A DNA stretch of 64,000 bases from an uncultured bacterium (GTDB lineage: Bacteria > Krumholzibacteriota > Krumholzibacteriia > JACNKJ01): contig CAVOFT010000001.1 in NCBI GenBank assembly GCA_963695095.1, positions 2,208,001 to 2,272,000 on the forward strand. Direction: 5' to 3'. The notes beneath the pieces were generated by a model, which ran no database searches, was not told where the DNA came from, and saw only the letters and a list, made by a program, of their open reading frames with translations. Below are positions 19,346 through 29,370 of the stretch, piece after piece (position 1 is the stretch's first letter; each line of letters opens with the position of its first letter). The position numbers were made by a program, and so were the translations under genes.

Positions 19346-21741
19346 GGGCAGCGCCCCGGCATCGCCTTCGCACCCTGCTTCGCGCCCGGCTTCGCACCCG
19401 GCTTCGCCGCCGGCTTGGTGCCGGGCTTGGTGCCGGGCTTGGCTGCGGGCTTCGCCGCCGGCTTGCTCGCCGGCTTGGTCGCGGGCTTCGTAGCGGGCTT
19501 CGTAGCGGGCTTGGTCGCCGGTTTGGCGCCGGGCTTGGCGGCCGCCTTGCCCACGGGCTTGGCCGCGCGCTCCGTCGCCACCTTCGCTGGCGGCAGGGCT
19601 GCCAGCTCCTGCGCGCCGGCCGCAGCACTGTCGCCCGGGGCGGCGGCCGGCGGCGCTTCGCCCGGCGCGCCCAGCCAGATGGGAATCGCCCGGCCACGAC
19701 TGGAGTCGGGTGGGCCCTGCGCGAGCACGATGCCCAGGCCCGACGGCAGCACCTCGAAGCCGCGTTCGAGCGCCTGGCGCCGCGCGTCGCGCAGACTGAG
19801 GCCGAGCAGGGCGGGCGGCTCGACACTGGGCGTCGGCGGATCGCCCAGCACGAGCTCGACGGGGCTGTCCGGCCGCTGGCGACAGCCGGGACCCGGCTGC
19901 TGGGCGACGACCCGGCGGCCGCGCCCGCGCAGGCGCAGCGTCAGGCCCTCAGCGTGGGCCAGCTCCTGGGCCTGGGGCAACTCGAGCTCCAGGAAGGAGG
20001 GCACAGGCCGCCCCTCGCTCGTCGCCAGGGCCGGCGCCTGCGCGCTGGGCTGGAAGAGGTAGGGCGTGGCGACAGCCAGCTTCTCGACGACGCGCGCGAA
20101 GGCCGGCGCCGCGCTCTGACCGCCGTGGCCGAGCCCCGCGCGCGGCTCGTCCATGAAGACCCCGATGACCACCCGCGGCTCGGCCAGCGGCGCCACGCCG
20201 ACGAAGCTCGCCATGTACTTGCCCGCCTTCACGCGCCCGGCCTCGAACTTCTGCGCCGTGCCGGTCTTGCCGCCCACGGTGAGGCCCGGCACCTTCGCGC
20301 TCTTGCCCGTGCCGGCCTCCACCACCTCGCCCATCAGGGTGAGCAGCGTGGCCGCCGTCTCCTCCTTGCAGACGCGGCGCAGGAGCGTGGGACCCACCTC
20401 GCGCAGATCGCGGCCATCGCCGTCGCAACTGCCGCGCAGCAGGCGGGGCTTCATCAGGAGGCCCCGGTTGGCGATGGCCCCCACCGCCGCCGTGATCTGC
20501 AGCGGGGTGGCGCTGATCTCCTGGCCGAAGATGAGGGTCATCTTGCTGCGGCCGGACCAATCGGCGGGCCGGCGCAGGATGCCGTTCTCCTCGCCGGGCA
20601 GCTCGAGGCCGTAGGCGTTGCCGAAGCCGCAATCTTGCAGCGTGCGATAGAGGTCTTCCTTGCTCAGCCGGCGCGAGAGCTTGGCGAAGCAGATGTTGCT
20701 GGAGAAGGCGAAGGCCTCGCGGAAGGTGAGATAGCCCGGATGCGGCTTGTCGTCGCGCACCTTGAAGCCGTCGACCTCGGCCGTGCCGTCCTCGGCGTCG
20801 GTCTGGGTACTCAAGGTCACCTGCCCGCGCTCGAGCAGGGCGGCGCTGGTCACGGCCTTCAGGGTGGAGCCCGGCTCGTAGAGCGCCTGCACGGGCAGCA
20901 GCCGCCACTGCACGGGATCGAAGCGCGCCTCGTCGCGCTCGGTCACGGCCGGCCAGCTCGCGAGGGCGAGGATCTCCCCGCTCGTGGGATCGAGGATGAC
21001 GATCGCGCCCGCGCGGGCCCCGCAGGCCGTGGCCGCCCGCGCCAGCTCGATGTCGGCAATGGCCTGGGCCTTGTGATCGAGCGTGAGGTAGACGTCGCGG
21101 CCGCGCTGGGCTTCGACGAGCACGCGGTTGAGCGGCGAGATGAGCACCTGGCCGCGATCGTCCTTCTGCACCAGCTCGCGGCCGGGCTGGCCGGCCAGTT
21201 CGCGCTGCAGGCCCGCCTCCAGGCCGCAGACACCGGCATCCTCGTCGTCGACGAAGCCGATCAGGGGCGCGGCGAGCGCGCCCATCGGATAGAGGCGGCG
21301 GCTGCAGGCCTGCAGGTGCACGACGCCGGTGGCGCGCAGGCGCTCCCGGTCTTCGAGGCCAAGGGCCAGGCCGTCGTGCAGGAGCGTATAGCGACCCTTG
21401 CCGCCTAGCTTGCGGCGCAACCGGCTCTCGCTCTGACCGAGCTGCCCGGCGAGCAGGCCGAGCAGGAGCTGCCGATCCTTGGCCGGCCGCTTCTGGAAGG
21501 CCTCGGGATCGGCCGTCACCTGGTAGCGGAGCGTGCCCACGGCCAGCGGCGTCCCCGCGCGGTCGAAGAGGCTGCCCCGCGGTGCGGGCAGGGCCTGCTC
21601 CTTCTGCCACTGCTGCACGGCGAGGCCGAGGAAGCGCTCGTGGTCCAGGATCTGCAGCGCAAAGAGCCGCCAGCCGAAGGCGAGGGCCAGGGCCAGGGCC
21701 GAGACCTCCAGGAGGCGAATGCCGGGGGCGGCAACGCGCAT
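19342..21741 (-). CDS. ftsI: Class B PBP FtsI with two PASTA-like domains and a C-terminal (xxKP)n tail
   Basis: RGSLFDR, GLE, EPGSTLK (SxxK), SSN, KTGTAQ; PASTA-like VPSFLELELPQA and LLGLSLRDARR segments. Confidence 0.94.
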   Translation of the reverse strand: MRVAAPGIRLLEVSALALALAFGWRLFALQILDHERFLGLAVQQWQKEQALPAPRGSLFDRAGTPLAVGTLRYQVTADPEAFQKRPAKDRQLLLGLLAGQLGQSESRLRRKLGGKGRYTLLHDGLALGLEDRERLRATGVVHLQACSRRLYPMGALAAPLIGFVDDEDAGVCGLEAGLQRELAGQPGRELVQKDDRGQVLISPLNRVLVEAQRGRDVYLTLDHKAQAIADIELARAATACGARAGAIVILDPTSGEILALASWPAVTERDEARFDPVQWRLLPVQALYEPGSTLKAVTSAALLERGQVTLSTQTDAEDGTAEVDGFKVRDDKPHPGYLTFREAFAFSSNICFAKLSRRLSKEDLYRTLQDCGFGNAYGLELPGEENGILRRPADWSGRSKMTLIFGQEISATPLQITAAVGAIANRGLLMKPRLLRGSCDGDGRDLREVGPTLLRRVCKEETAATLLTLMGEVVEAGTGKSAKVPGLTVGGKTGTAQKFEAGRVKAGKYMASFVGVAPLAEPRVVIGVFMDEPRAGLGHGGQSAAPAFARVVEKLAVATPYLFQPSAQAPALATSEGRPVPSFLELELPQAQELAHAEGLTLRLRGRGRRVVAQQPGPGCRQRPDSPVELVLGDPPTPSVEPPALLGLSLRDARRQALERGFEVLPSGLGIVLAQGPPDSSRGRAIPIWLGAPGEAPPAAAPGDSAAAGAQELAALPPAKVATERAAKPVGKAAAKPGAKPATKPATKPATKPATKPASKPAAKPAAKPGTKPGTKPAAKPGAKPGAKQGAKAMPGRCP
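19364..19567 (-). repeat. Imperfect 12-bp coding tandem repeat (~17 tetrapeptide units: AAKP/ATKP/GAKP/GTKP)
   Basis: Periodic (g/c)ggctt...(g/c)ggctt on the + strand; translates in frame as the FtsI tail. Confidence 0.9.
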
Positions 21742-21752
21742 CGCGCGCCGCT

Positions 21753-22202
21753 TCAGCGGTTTTCGCCGGCGAGGGCCGGCGCAACGCCGAGGCCCACGCT
21801 GGCCAGCCAGGTGTCGCTCGTGCCGGTGCTCGCCTGGTCGCTGCCCAGCTTGCCGACGAAGACCCGGCCCTCGAGGTCGCTGAGGGCGAGCTCGCCCTCG
21901 CGCGGAGCGCCCTCGCTCTCCTGCGCCAGCGCGGCGGGTTGCCGCCTCTGGGCCACGAGCACCGCCTGCTCGAGAATCTGCGTGCGCAGGGCCTCGCGCC
22001 GCAGCTCCAGGCGCGCCACCTGGGCGCCGAGCTGCATGCCGCGGCTCTGCTGCCAGACGACGAAGAGCAGCACGAGCAGGACGGCCAGCGCCAAGAAGAA
22101 CCAGACATCCTTGCGGCGGAGCGCGGTCTCGCGGCTGCGCATTTCGCCGCGCTGGCAGTGCGGATTCCAGGTGCGGGCGGGCTGACCGGAGAAGCTCATC
22201 AT
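21753..22202 (-). CDS. ftsL: FtsL-like cell division protein
   Basis: Position between rsmH and ftsI; single TM followed by a Leu-heptad coiled coil; ATGA overlap with rsmH. Confidence 0.7.
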   Translation of the reverse strand: MMSFSGQPARTWNPHCQRGEMRSRETALRRKDVWFFLALAVLLVLLFVVWQQSRGMQLGAQVARLELRREALRTQILEQAVLVAQRRQPAALAQESEGAPREGELALSDLEGRVFVGKLGSDQASTGTSDTWLASVGLGVAPALAGENR

Positions 22203-23115
22203 GCGGGTCTCCTGGCCGCGCGCAGGCGGGCGCTGCGCGCACGGGGGTTGGCGGCGATCTCCGCAGCGCCTGGCCTCAGCGCGCGCGGGGTGAGCACTTC
22301 GAGACGGGCCTGCCGGTCGCAGGCGCAGACGGGCAGCTCGGGCGGGCAGATGCAGGCGCGGCTCTCCTCGCGGAAGCAGCGCTTGACGCGCCGATCCTCC
22401 AGCGAGTGGTAGCTGATGGCCACCGCCACGCCCCCGGGGGCGAGCAGCGCGGGCAGCGCGGCGAGCAGGGCGTCGAGGGCGCCCAGCTCGTCGTTGACGG
22501 CGATGCGCAGGGCCTGGCAGACGCGCGAGAGCTCGGCGTTCAGCTCGCGGCCGGCCAGGGGCTCGACCACCGCGCGCAGGTCCGCCATGCTGGCGAGGCG
22601 CCCGGCGCCGCGGGCGGCGACGAGACGCCGCGCGAGCGGGCCCGGGCGGCGCACCTCGCCGAGCTCGGCGAGCAGGCGGCGCAGCTCGCCCGCGTCCAGG
22701 CGCGCGAGCAAGTCGGCGGCGCTCTCGCCCCGCGTGGGATCCATGCGCATGTCCAGGGGGCCGGCGAGCCGGTGGGCGAAGCCGCGCTCAGGCGCGTCGA
22801 GCTGCATCGAGCTCACCCCCAGGTCCAGGAGCAGACCGGCCGCGCCCTGCGGCGCGCGCTCGGCGAGCGCCGCGGGGAGCGAACGGAAGTCGGCGTGCAA
22901 AAAAAAACCCGGTCGCCGCAGCCCGCGAGGCGCTCTCGCGCGAGGGCGAGGGCGCTGGGGTCGCGGTCGACACCGAGCAGTGTGGCTTCGGGAAGGGCCG
23001 CCAGCAGGGCGGCGGCGTGGCCGCCCGCGCCGAGGGTGGCATCCACGTAGAGCCCGGGTCCTCCGCGCCGCAGCAGGGCGACGCTTTCTTCCCGGAGGAC
23101 CGGCTCGTGGGACAT
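22199..23115 (-). CDS. rsmH: 16S rRNA m4C1402 methyltransferase RsmH, frameshifted at a T9 tract (22899-22907)
   Basis: N-part HEPVL...[12 protein letters not shown]...GVDRD in one frame; C-part HADF...[10 protein letters not shown]...PLDMRMD...SYHSLEDR...[10 protein letters not shown] in another; T10 restores the frame. Confidence 0.92.
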
Positions 23116-23179
23116 CGTCGTACTCCCCATCCATGGCCGCGCGCGGGCGGGGCCGGCGCGCAGCACAAGGGGGAGCGGC

Positions 23180-23608
23180 CTAGAACACGAGGCCGCTCCC
23201 CCTGCTCTCACCCTCTTGCGGAACCAACGAAAAGGCGGCGGAAGTGTGACGGATGCCCATGGCCGCACTCGCCTCTGAAGGGTAGACGGGAATGGAACGG
23301 GGAACGTCTCCCGCCGCCAGGATCTCCATCAGATAGAAGCTGGGCGAAGCCAGGACCAGCTCGCCGCCCGCGCGGCGCAGCTCGCGATGCAGGGCGAGCA
23401 GCAGTTCCAGCACCCGATAGCGGATGTGGATGGTGCCCGCCAGGTCCACCACGAAGCCGCGGCTGCCGGCGGCCAGCGCGCCGCGCAGCGTGCGCGCGAG
23501 TTCGCTCTGCATGCGCTCGTCCCACTCGTCGGCGGGACGCAGCAGCAGGTAGTCGCCTCGCTGTTCGCAGATCAGGGCCACGCGTCCATGCTCCTTCGTT
23601 TCTCTCAC
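23180..23608 (-). CDS. STAS-domain (anti-sigma antagonist-like) protein
   Basis: [11 protein letters not shown]...[16 protein letters not shown]...[10 protein letters not shown] matches the STAS/SpoIIAA pattern. Confidence 0.75.
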   Translation of the reverse strand: MRETKEHGRVALICEQRGDYLLLRPADEWDERMQSELARTLRGALAAGSRGFVVDLAGTIHIRYRVLELLLALHRELRRAGGELVLASPSFYLMEILAAGDVPRSIPVYPSEASAAMGIRHTSAAFSLVPQEGESRGSGLVF

Positions 23609-23645
23609 CCACCTGCGACGCTGGCCGGCGCGCGGCCAGCGCGAT

Positions 23646-24080
23646 CTAGAGCAAGCGCTCCACCTGGCGGAGCGCCGCGTCCACGTTCGCCAGCTCGCCC
23701 GCGAAGTCGGCCGGATTCCAGAGCTCGATGCGATCCAGGGCGCCGACGAGCACCAGCTCGCCCGGCGCGCCGAGCAACTCGAGGAAGGTCCTGGGCAGAC
23801 TCACGCGCCCCTGCTTGTCCACCAGCAGGGAGGCGCTGTTGGCGCTGAAGTAGCGGATGGCCTTGCGCTTCTCGGGACCGGGGGGCAGGGTCTGCAGCTT
23901 GCCCTGGAAGTCCCGCCAGCCCTCGGGGGCGAAGAGCAGGAGCCCCTTGTCGAAGCCCTTGCTGAGGACGAAGGTCTCGCCGCCTTCCAGCCCCAGGCTG
24001 CGCCGGAAGCCAGCGGGCACCTGCAGGCGCCCCTTGCTGTCCAGCTTGCAGCGCTGAGTGCCGATGAAGTCGGCCACCAC
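23646..24080 (-). CDS. mraZ: Transcriptional regulator MraZ
   Basis: LDSKGRLQVP and VDKQGRVSLP (two DxxxR motifs), GALDRIELWN; head of the dcw cluster. Confidence 0.96.
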   Translation of the reverse strand: MVADFIGTQRCKLDSKGRLQVPAGFRRSLGLEGGETFVLSKGFDKGLLLFAPEGWRDFQGKLQTLPPGPEKRKAIRYFSANSASLLVDKQGRVSLPRTFLELLGAPGELVLVGALDRIELWNPADFAGELANVDAALRQVERLL

Positions 24081-24121
24081 GATCTCCCCCCGATGCAGGC
24101 TCTGTGCTGGTGATTAGGGGA

Positions 24122-24178
24122 GCCACTCCATTCTCCCCCACAACGCCCCACTCTATCCCTGGACATGGGGGACGTCAA
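24122..24178 (-). promoter_or_regulatory. Sigma70-type dcw promoter with MraZ operator repeats
   Basis: TTGACG (24178-24173)-N17-TAGAGT (24155-24150), then GTGGG-N5-GTGGG-N5-ATGGA at 10-bp period, like known TGGG-type MraZ boxes. Confidence 0.8.
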
Positions 24179-24315
24179 GGGCCTTCTGGGAAATGTCGCC
24201 ACTAATCGCGGAGCCCAGGCAGGGACCCGTACAAATGTATAGAACATGCCGGTGGACCCCGGCGAGGGAGACGGCGGAGGCCGCTGCGCGGGGGGCAAGA
24301 CCGGAGGCGCGCGAC

Positions 24316-24786
24316 TCAGCGCCCTTCGAGGATGGACAGCAGGCGCGCCCGGGGGCGGGCGCTCACGAGGGGTCGGGGATCGTACTCGGGACTGCCCACG
24401 AGCAGGAGTAGGCCCTCCTCGCCGGCGGGCGGCAGGGGCTCCCTGCCGAGCACGAGAAGCAGGCGCCAGGCGGCCAGGGAGTCGCCCGTCGCGGTGGCGA
24501 AGCGCTGGGCCGCGGCGAAGCGGAACTCCAGGGCCCCGCGGGCCAGGGCGAGGGAGACCTCGCGGCGGCTCAGCGAGCCGGCAGCCGGCCTGGCCGCGGC
24601 CATCAGCGACCCCGCCTCCGCGAGCAGGGCCGCGCCGCGCGCATCCGCCGCGGCGATGGCGAGAACGCCGTGCTCGCTGTGTACGCGAATCTCCGTGTCG
24701 GGGGGAAGAGGCGCGGGGCGCCCGCAATCGATCGCCGCCAGGCCGAGGAGGCCGATCAGCCGGAGGATCAGCGGGGCAGCGCTCAC
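24316..24786 (-). CDS. Hypothetical exported protein, possibly a lipoprotein
   Basis: GTGA overlap with the C25 gene stop; hydrophobic N-terminus ending in Cys (non-canonical lipobox AIDC). Confidence 0.6.
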   Translation of the reverse strand: MSAAPLILRLIGLLGLAAIDCGRPAPLPPDTEIRVHSEHGVLAIAAADARGAALLAEAGSLMAAARPAAGSLSRREVSLALARGALEFRFAAAQRFATATGDSLAAWRLLLVLGREPLPPAGEEGLLLLVGSPEYDPRPLVSARPRARLLSILEGR

Positions 24787-27700
24787 TTGAGCAGCAGCAG
24801 CCGCCGGCTCTCGGCGCCGCCGGCCCAGCGGAACTGGGCCAGGTAGACGCCGCTGGCCTGCACGCGGCCCTCGCTGTCACGGCCGTCCCAGATGCGTTCG
24901 TGGCGGCCCGCGGCGAGCGGACCGTCGACGAGGCGCTGGAGTCGCCGGCCGTCGATGCCGAGGATATCCAGCGTGACGGCGCCGGGCGCCGCCAGGCTGA
25001 AGGCCAGGGTGGTCGCGGGGTTGAAGGGATTGGGATAGCTGCCGACGAAGCCGCTGCGCAGGGCGAGCGCAGGCACTTCCAGGCGCCCGAGCAGCACGCG
25101 CAGGGCGGGCGCGCCGGCCCGATGGCCGATGGCCGTGTACTCCAGCTCGCCGCCCGCCGGCAGATCCTCCTCGCGCCAGAGGCACCAGCCGCCGGGACCG
25201 GGCAGGAGGCCCTCGGCCAGCAGGCGCGGCGCTTCCCAGTCGCCGCCGGCCCTCCGGCGCCGGCCTTCGAGATCCCAGCGCGCGAAGGCCGTGTCCGCCA
25301 CCTGCCAGGCGATGCGCGCGGCGGCGCCGCCCGCCTCGATGCTCAGGTCCACCTGGCTCACGGCCGCAGGCACCGCGTCCCAGAGGCCGGCCACGCCGCG
25401 CCTCAGCGCGCTGCCGGAGAGCGTGGGCCAGGGCACGGTCTCCGGCGCGAAGGGCCCCGCGAAATCCCAGGCGAGGACGCGCTTGTTCCAGGTGGAAACC
25501 ACGAGCTCGCCGTCGCCGTCCCCGTCGAGGTCCGCGATCGCGGGCGTGCCGCGCACCTCGCCGCCCACGGCGATGGGGAAGCCCGGCTGCACGCTCCCGT
25601 CCGCGCGGAAGCCGTAGATGATGCCCTGCTCGCTGCCCTGCACGAACTCCAGCGTGCCGTCGCCGTCGAGGTCCCCCACCACCGGGCTGCACTCGGCGTG
25701 CATGGCCAGATCGATGGGCCAGCCCGGGAGCGGGCTCCCGTCCAGCTCGATGAGATGCAGGGTCGAATTGTAGCCGCCGCGGATCGCCACCACGAAGAGC
25801 TCGAGGTCGCCGTCGCCGTCCGCGTCCACCGCCACCGGACCCGGACCCACGCCGCCGTTCGTCGTGGCGAAGTGCAGGGGATAGCCCGGGTAGCGGCTGC
25901 CGTCGATCCGGAAGACGTAGAGCGAGTCGGCCTCGCTGTGCAAGACGATCTCGAGCGTGCCGCCCGGGTCGCCGTCGAGATTCGCGAGCAGGAGCGGGCA
26001 GCTCTCCTTGAGGCTCGGGTACTCGTTCGTCGGATCCAGGTCCACGGGCCAGCCGGGCAGCTCGCTGCCGTCGCCGTTGAAGACGTGCAGGCTGCGCCGC
26101 CCCACGCCGCCCATCACGACCAGCTCGTCGCGGCCGTCGCCGTCCAGGTCGGCCGCGGCCGGCGAGCCGTCGGCGAAGGTCCCCAGGTTGCGCTGGAGAA
26201 TGCCGATCGTGCTCGGGTTGTCGTCGCCGTCGATCAGCTCGCTGCCGTCCAGGTGAAAGGCGTAGAGGTTGCCCGCGCGGTCCAACCCGGCGATCTCGTG
26301 CTCGCCGTCGCCGTCCAGATCGGCCGCCACGAGATTCGCCCAGATCCACTCGATCGTGCTGCGGGGCCAGCCGGGCAGCGGCTGCCCGTTCTCCCCGAAC
26401 AGGAAGATGCGCCGCGCGGCGCTGCCGCCGAGGTGCCGCGTCGCCACGGCGATGGCCCGGTAGGGACTGCCCGGACGCGGCACCAGCGTCACCGCGCCGA
26501 CGATGTCGCGCGGGGCCGTGCTGTAGACGCCGATGGTCTGGGCGTCGAGATCGCCATCGCGGGGTTCGCTGCCGTCGGCGTGCCAGACGTAGAGGAAGTC
26601 CGCGCCGGCCACCAGCTCGAGTCCCTCGTCGCCGGCCACGTTGCCCACGGCCACCGGGCAGGAGCTGGCCGCGAGCGTCGCCTGCGGGAAGCCGGCGAGC
26701 TGGGCGGAGTTCGTCGAGGTGTGCAGGGTGTCGCTGGGCGCGCTCGCCATGCCGCCCCGATCCACCGCCCTCACGTAGGTCCAGATCTGGCTGTTGTCGG
26801 CCAGACCCTCGAGCGTGATCCCCGCATGCGGCAAGGGCAGGAGCGTGGCGCGGACGAAGGCCACCGGGGCTCCCTCGGCGACGTAGACCAGGTAGCCGGC
26901 CAGATCCGGCGCGGCCACCGGCGCCCAGCTCAGCTCGAGGCGGCCGGCCACCTCGCTGAACTGGGTGGCGAGATCGGTGGGCGCCGGCGGCGGCGCGAAG
27001 TCCAGGGTGTCCTGGCGCGAGCGGCCGAAGGCGTCGGTGAGGCGTAGCACGGCCGTCGAGGGCTGGCTCGCATTCGCGCGCCGCAGCAGGAAGCCGGGCG
27101 CGGGCCGCCCCTCCTGCAGGAGCTCCAGCGCGGGAAGCATGACGCTGCCCTCGTCCACGACGAGATCGGGATCCAGCGACCAGAGATCGCCGGCGAGCTG
27201 ACCGCCGCTGCCGCTGCCCAGGTTCACCCAGCGCGGCGCGCCGCGCCAGGCTTCGCTCTCATCCCAGATGCCATCGCCGTTGCCCACGTCCGTGAACTGC
27301 CAGTCGGCCAGCCGCGGCGCCGGCGCGTGGACGACGAGCGCCAGCGTGTCGCTGTGCAGGGGCTGCTGGGCGAGATCCTCGGCGCGCAGCTCGACGCGCA
27401 GGCGCCGGCCGTCCGCGCTGCCGACCGCGCTGCGCAGCCTGAGCGCTCCCGTCGCCGTGACCTCGCCGCCCGGGGCGAGGCTGGCGAAGGTCTCCGTGGC
27501 CTGCACGACGGCGAGCGAGTCGTCCAGGGCCGTCAGGCGCAGGCGGAAAGTGCCCGAGGCCGCGAGGCCGTCGTTGGCGAGAGTCGGCCGCAGCGCGATC
27601 GTCTCGCCGGCCTCGAAGCGGCCGTCGCCGTCATTGCGCGGATCGAGAGCGGGGCCATCGGCGAGCGACCAGCCCGCGAGGTGCAGCAGGGCCTGGGCCG

Positions 27701-29265
27701 GCGCGTTCACGGCGATGGCCGCCTCGGCCACGAAGGCATTGGCCGCCCAGACCTTCAGGGCCAGCGTGCCCGCGCTCAGCGGATGCGCGGGCAGGCGGCA
27801 GAGCCCCGCCGCGTCGCTCAGGCCGCTGGACCAGACCTCGCCGTCCTTGCCGAGCGTGACGCGGGCGCCGGCCAGGGGGTTGCCGCCGCTGGTCACGCCG
27901 ATCGTCAGCTCCTGCCAGCCCGTCGCGACGGCGCCGGGGTGACTGAGCGCGAGGGCGCGCGGGGTTCCCGCCCACAGGTCGAGCAGGGGATCGCCCAGGA
28001 AGTTCATGATCAGATAGGTCCAGCGGCCCGAGCCCTCGTTGTCGCTGGTGGGCGCGAGGGCCAGGCGCAGGGCCTGCAGCGCCGCGCCCGGCTGGGTGAT
28101 GCCGTCCTGGAACAGGCGCCGGTAGTAGAAGTCCGGATAGCGCCAGCTGCTGAAGGGATAGCTGTCGCGCGTGGCGCCGAAGACGGCCATCGCCCCGCCC
28201 GTCGGATTGCGCAGGAAGTTCTCGCCCAGGCAGTCGAAGTCGAAGGCGTTGGAGCTGCAATTCATCAGGGTGAGATGGAAGGGCATCGTGTTGTGGAGGG
28301 CGAGCACCTGCGCGACATCCACGCTGCCGTCGCCCACGGACATGTTGTAGCGAAAGCCATGGCCGTTCTGATCGACGAAGGCCCAGTTGCCCAGGTCCAG
28401 CGAATCGAGCGCCGCGCCGATGCTGAGGGGCAGGGGCGTGGCCGCCGTCGCGGTCCAGAAGGGATTCTCCCAGCTCTGGAAGAGCTCCCTGTGCTCCATG
28501 GCCGGACCCAGGGCATTGGCGATGAGATCGGCGTCGAAGTGGCCGCCGTCGACGAGGATGTCGGCGAAGTCGTCGCCCGGCTCCCAGCTCGAGGGGGTCA
28601 GCACTTCGGCCAGGAAGAGCATGCGCTCCTGGAAGTCGCTGCGCGCCGTCTCGCGATAGGCGATCAGCTTGCTGACCAGCGCCGTGGCCGCGGCCGGCGT
28701 GCTGACGGGCAGGCGCCCCACCCACAGCTCGGGCACGAGATCCGCCCCATCGCCGGGCTGACTCACGTAGGCGGCCTCGCACCAGTGAGCGTCGCCGTCG
28801 GCGTTCCAGTTGCCGTCCAGGCAGGCGTAGTAGAGGTCGGTGGGCACTGCCTTCGCCGGCGGCGCCGTGGAAGTAGCTCCAGGCGTAGCGCACCGGCACG
28901 ATGTCCGTGTCGCCGCCGAGGATGACGGCGCTGAGCCCCCAGCGCGCGTGGGCGTCCTGCAGGAAGAAGCGGATGTTCTCGGCGCGATCCCGGCCGGGCG
29001 GGTAGCTGGCCGCGATCCAGTCCAGGTCGCGCACCACGCAGCGGGTGCCGCGAGCGAGGTGCCAGTCGGCCAGCACCTGGAAGGCCGGCGCCAGCGCGGC
29101 GCTGGTGACGATGACCGCGTCCACCGGGCTGCCCTCGCTCGCGGGATGCTCGCGCGGACGGAAGGGCCCCCCGTCCTGGCCCCGCGCCGCACCCGCGGCC
29201 AGGGTGGCCAGGCCGGCCACCAGGCAGGCCAGAGCACCGAATCGCCGCCGGGTTGCCGCGCTCAT
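24783..29265 (-). CDS. Secreted C25 (gingipain-family) cysteine peptidase with Ig/FN3 domains, FG-GAP repeats and FlgD-Ig/T9SS-type C-terminal domain; one extra base near 28850
   Basis: Signal peptide; ILGGDTDIVP, TDLYYACLDG, VGRLP, catalytic NGHG and MNCSS, NFLGDP; many DLDGDG/LPGWP repeats; YPNPFNP...WDGRD...SGVY...LLLLK terminus. Confidence 0.88.
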
Positions 29266-29370
29266 GCTGATCTCCTCGCACCGGCCCTTGCCGGTGGCCC
29301 GCTCCCCGGGGGCGAGCTGCGCCCCGGGACCTTGATCATACCCGGCGCCGGCCGCGCGGGCAAGCTGCCG

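Noticed and set aside
19364..19567. 12-bp periodic repeat as a CRISPR array or non-coding VNTR
   Set aside because: There are no spacers and no cas genes; it is in-frame coding sequence of ftsI.
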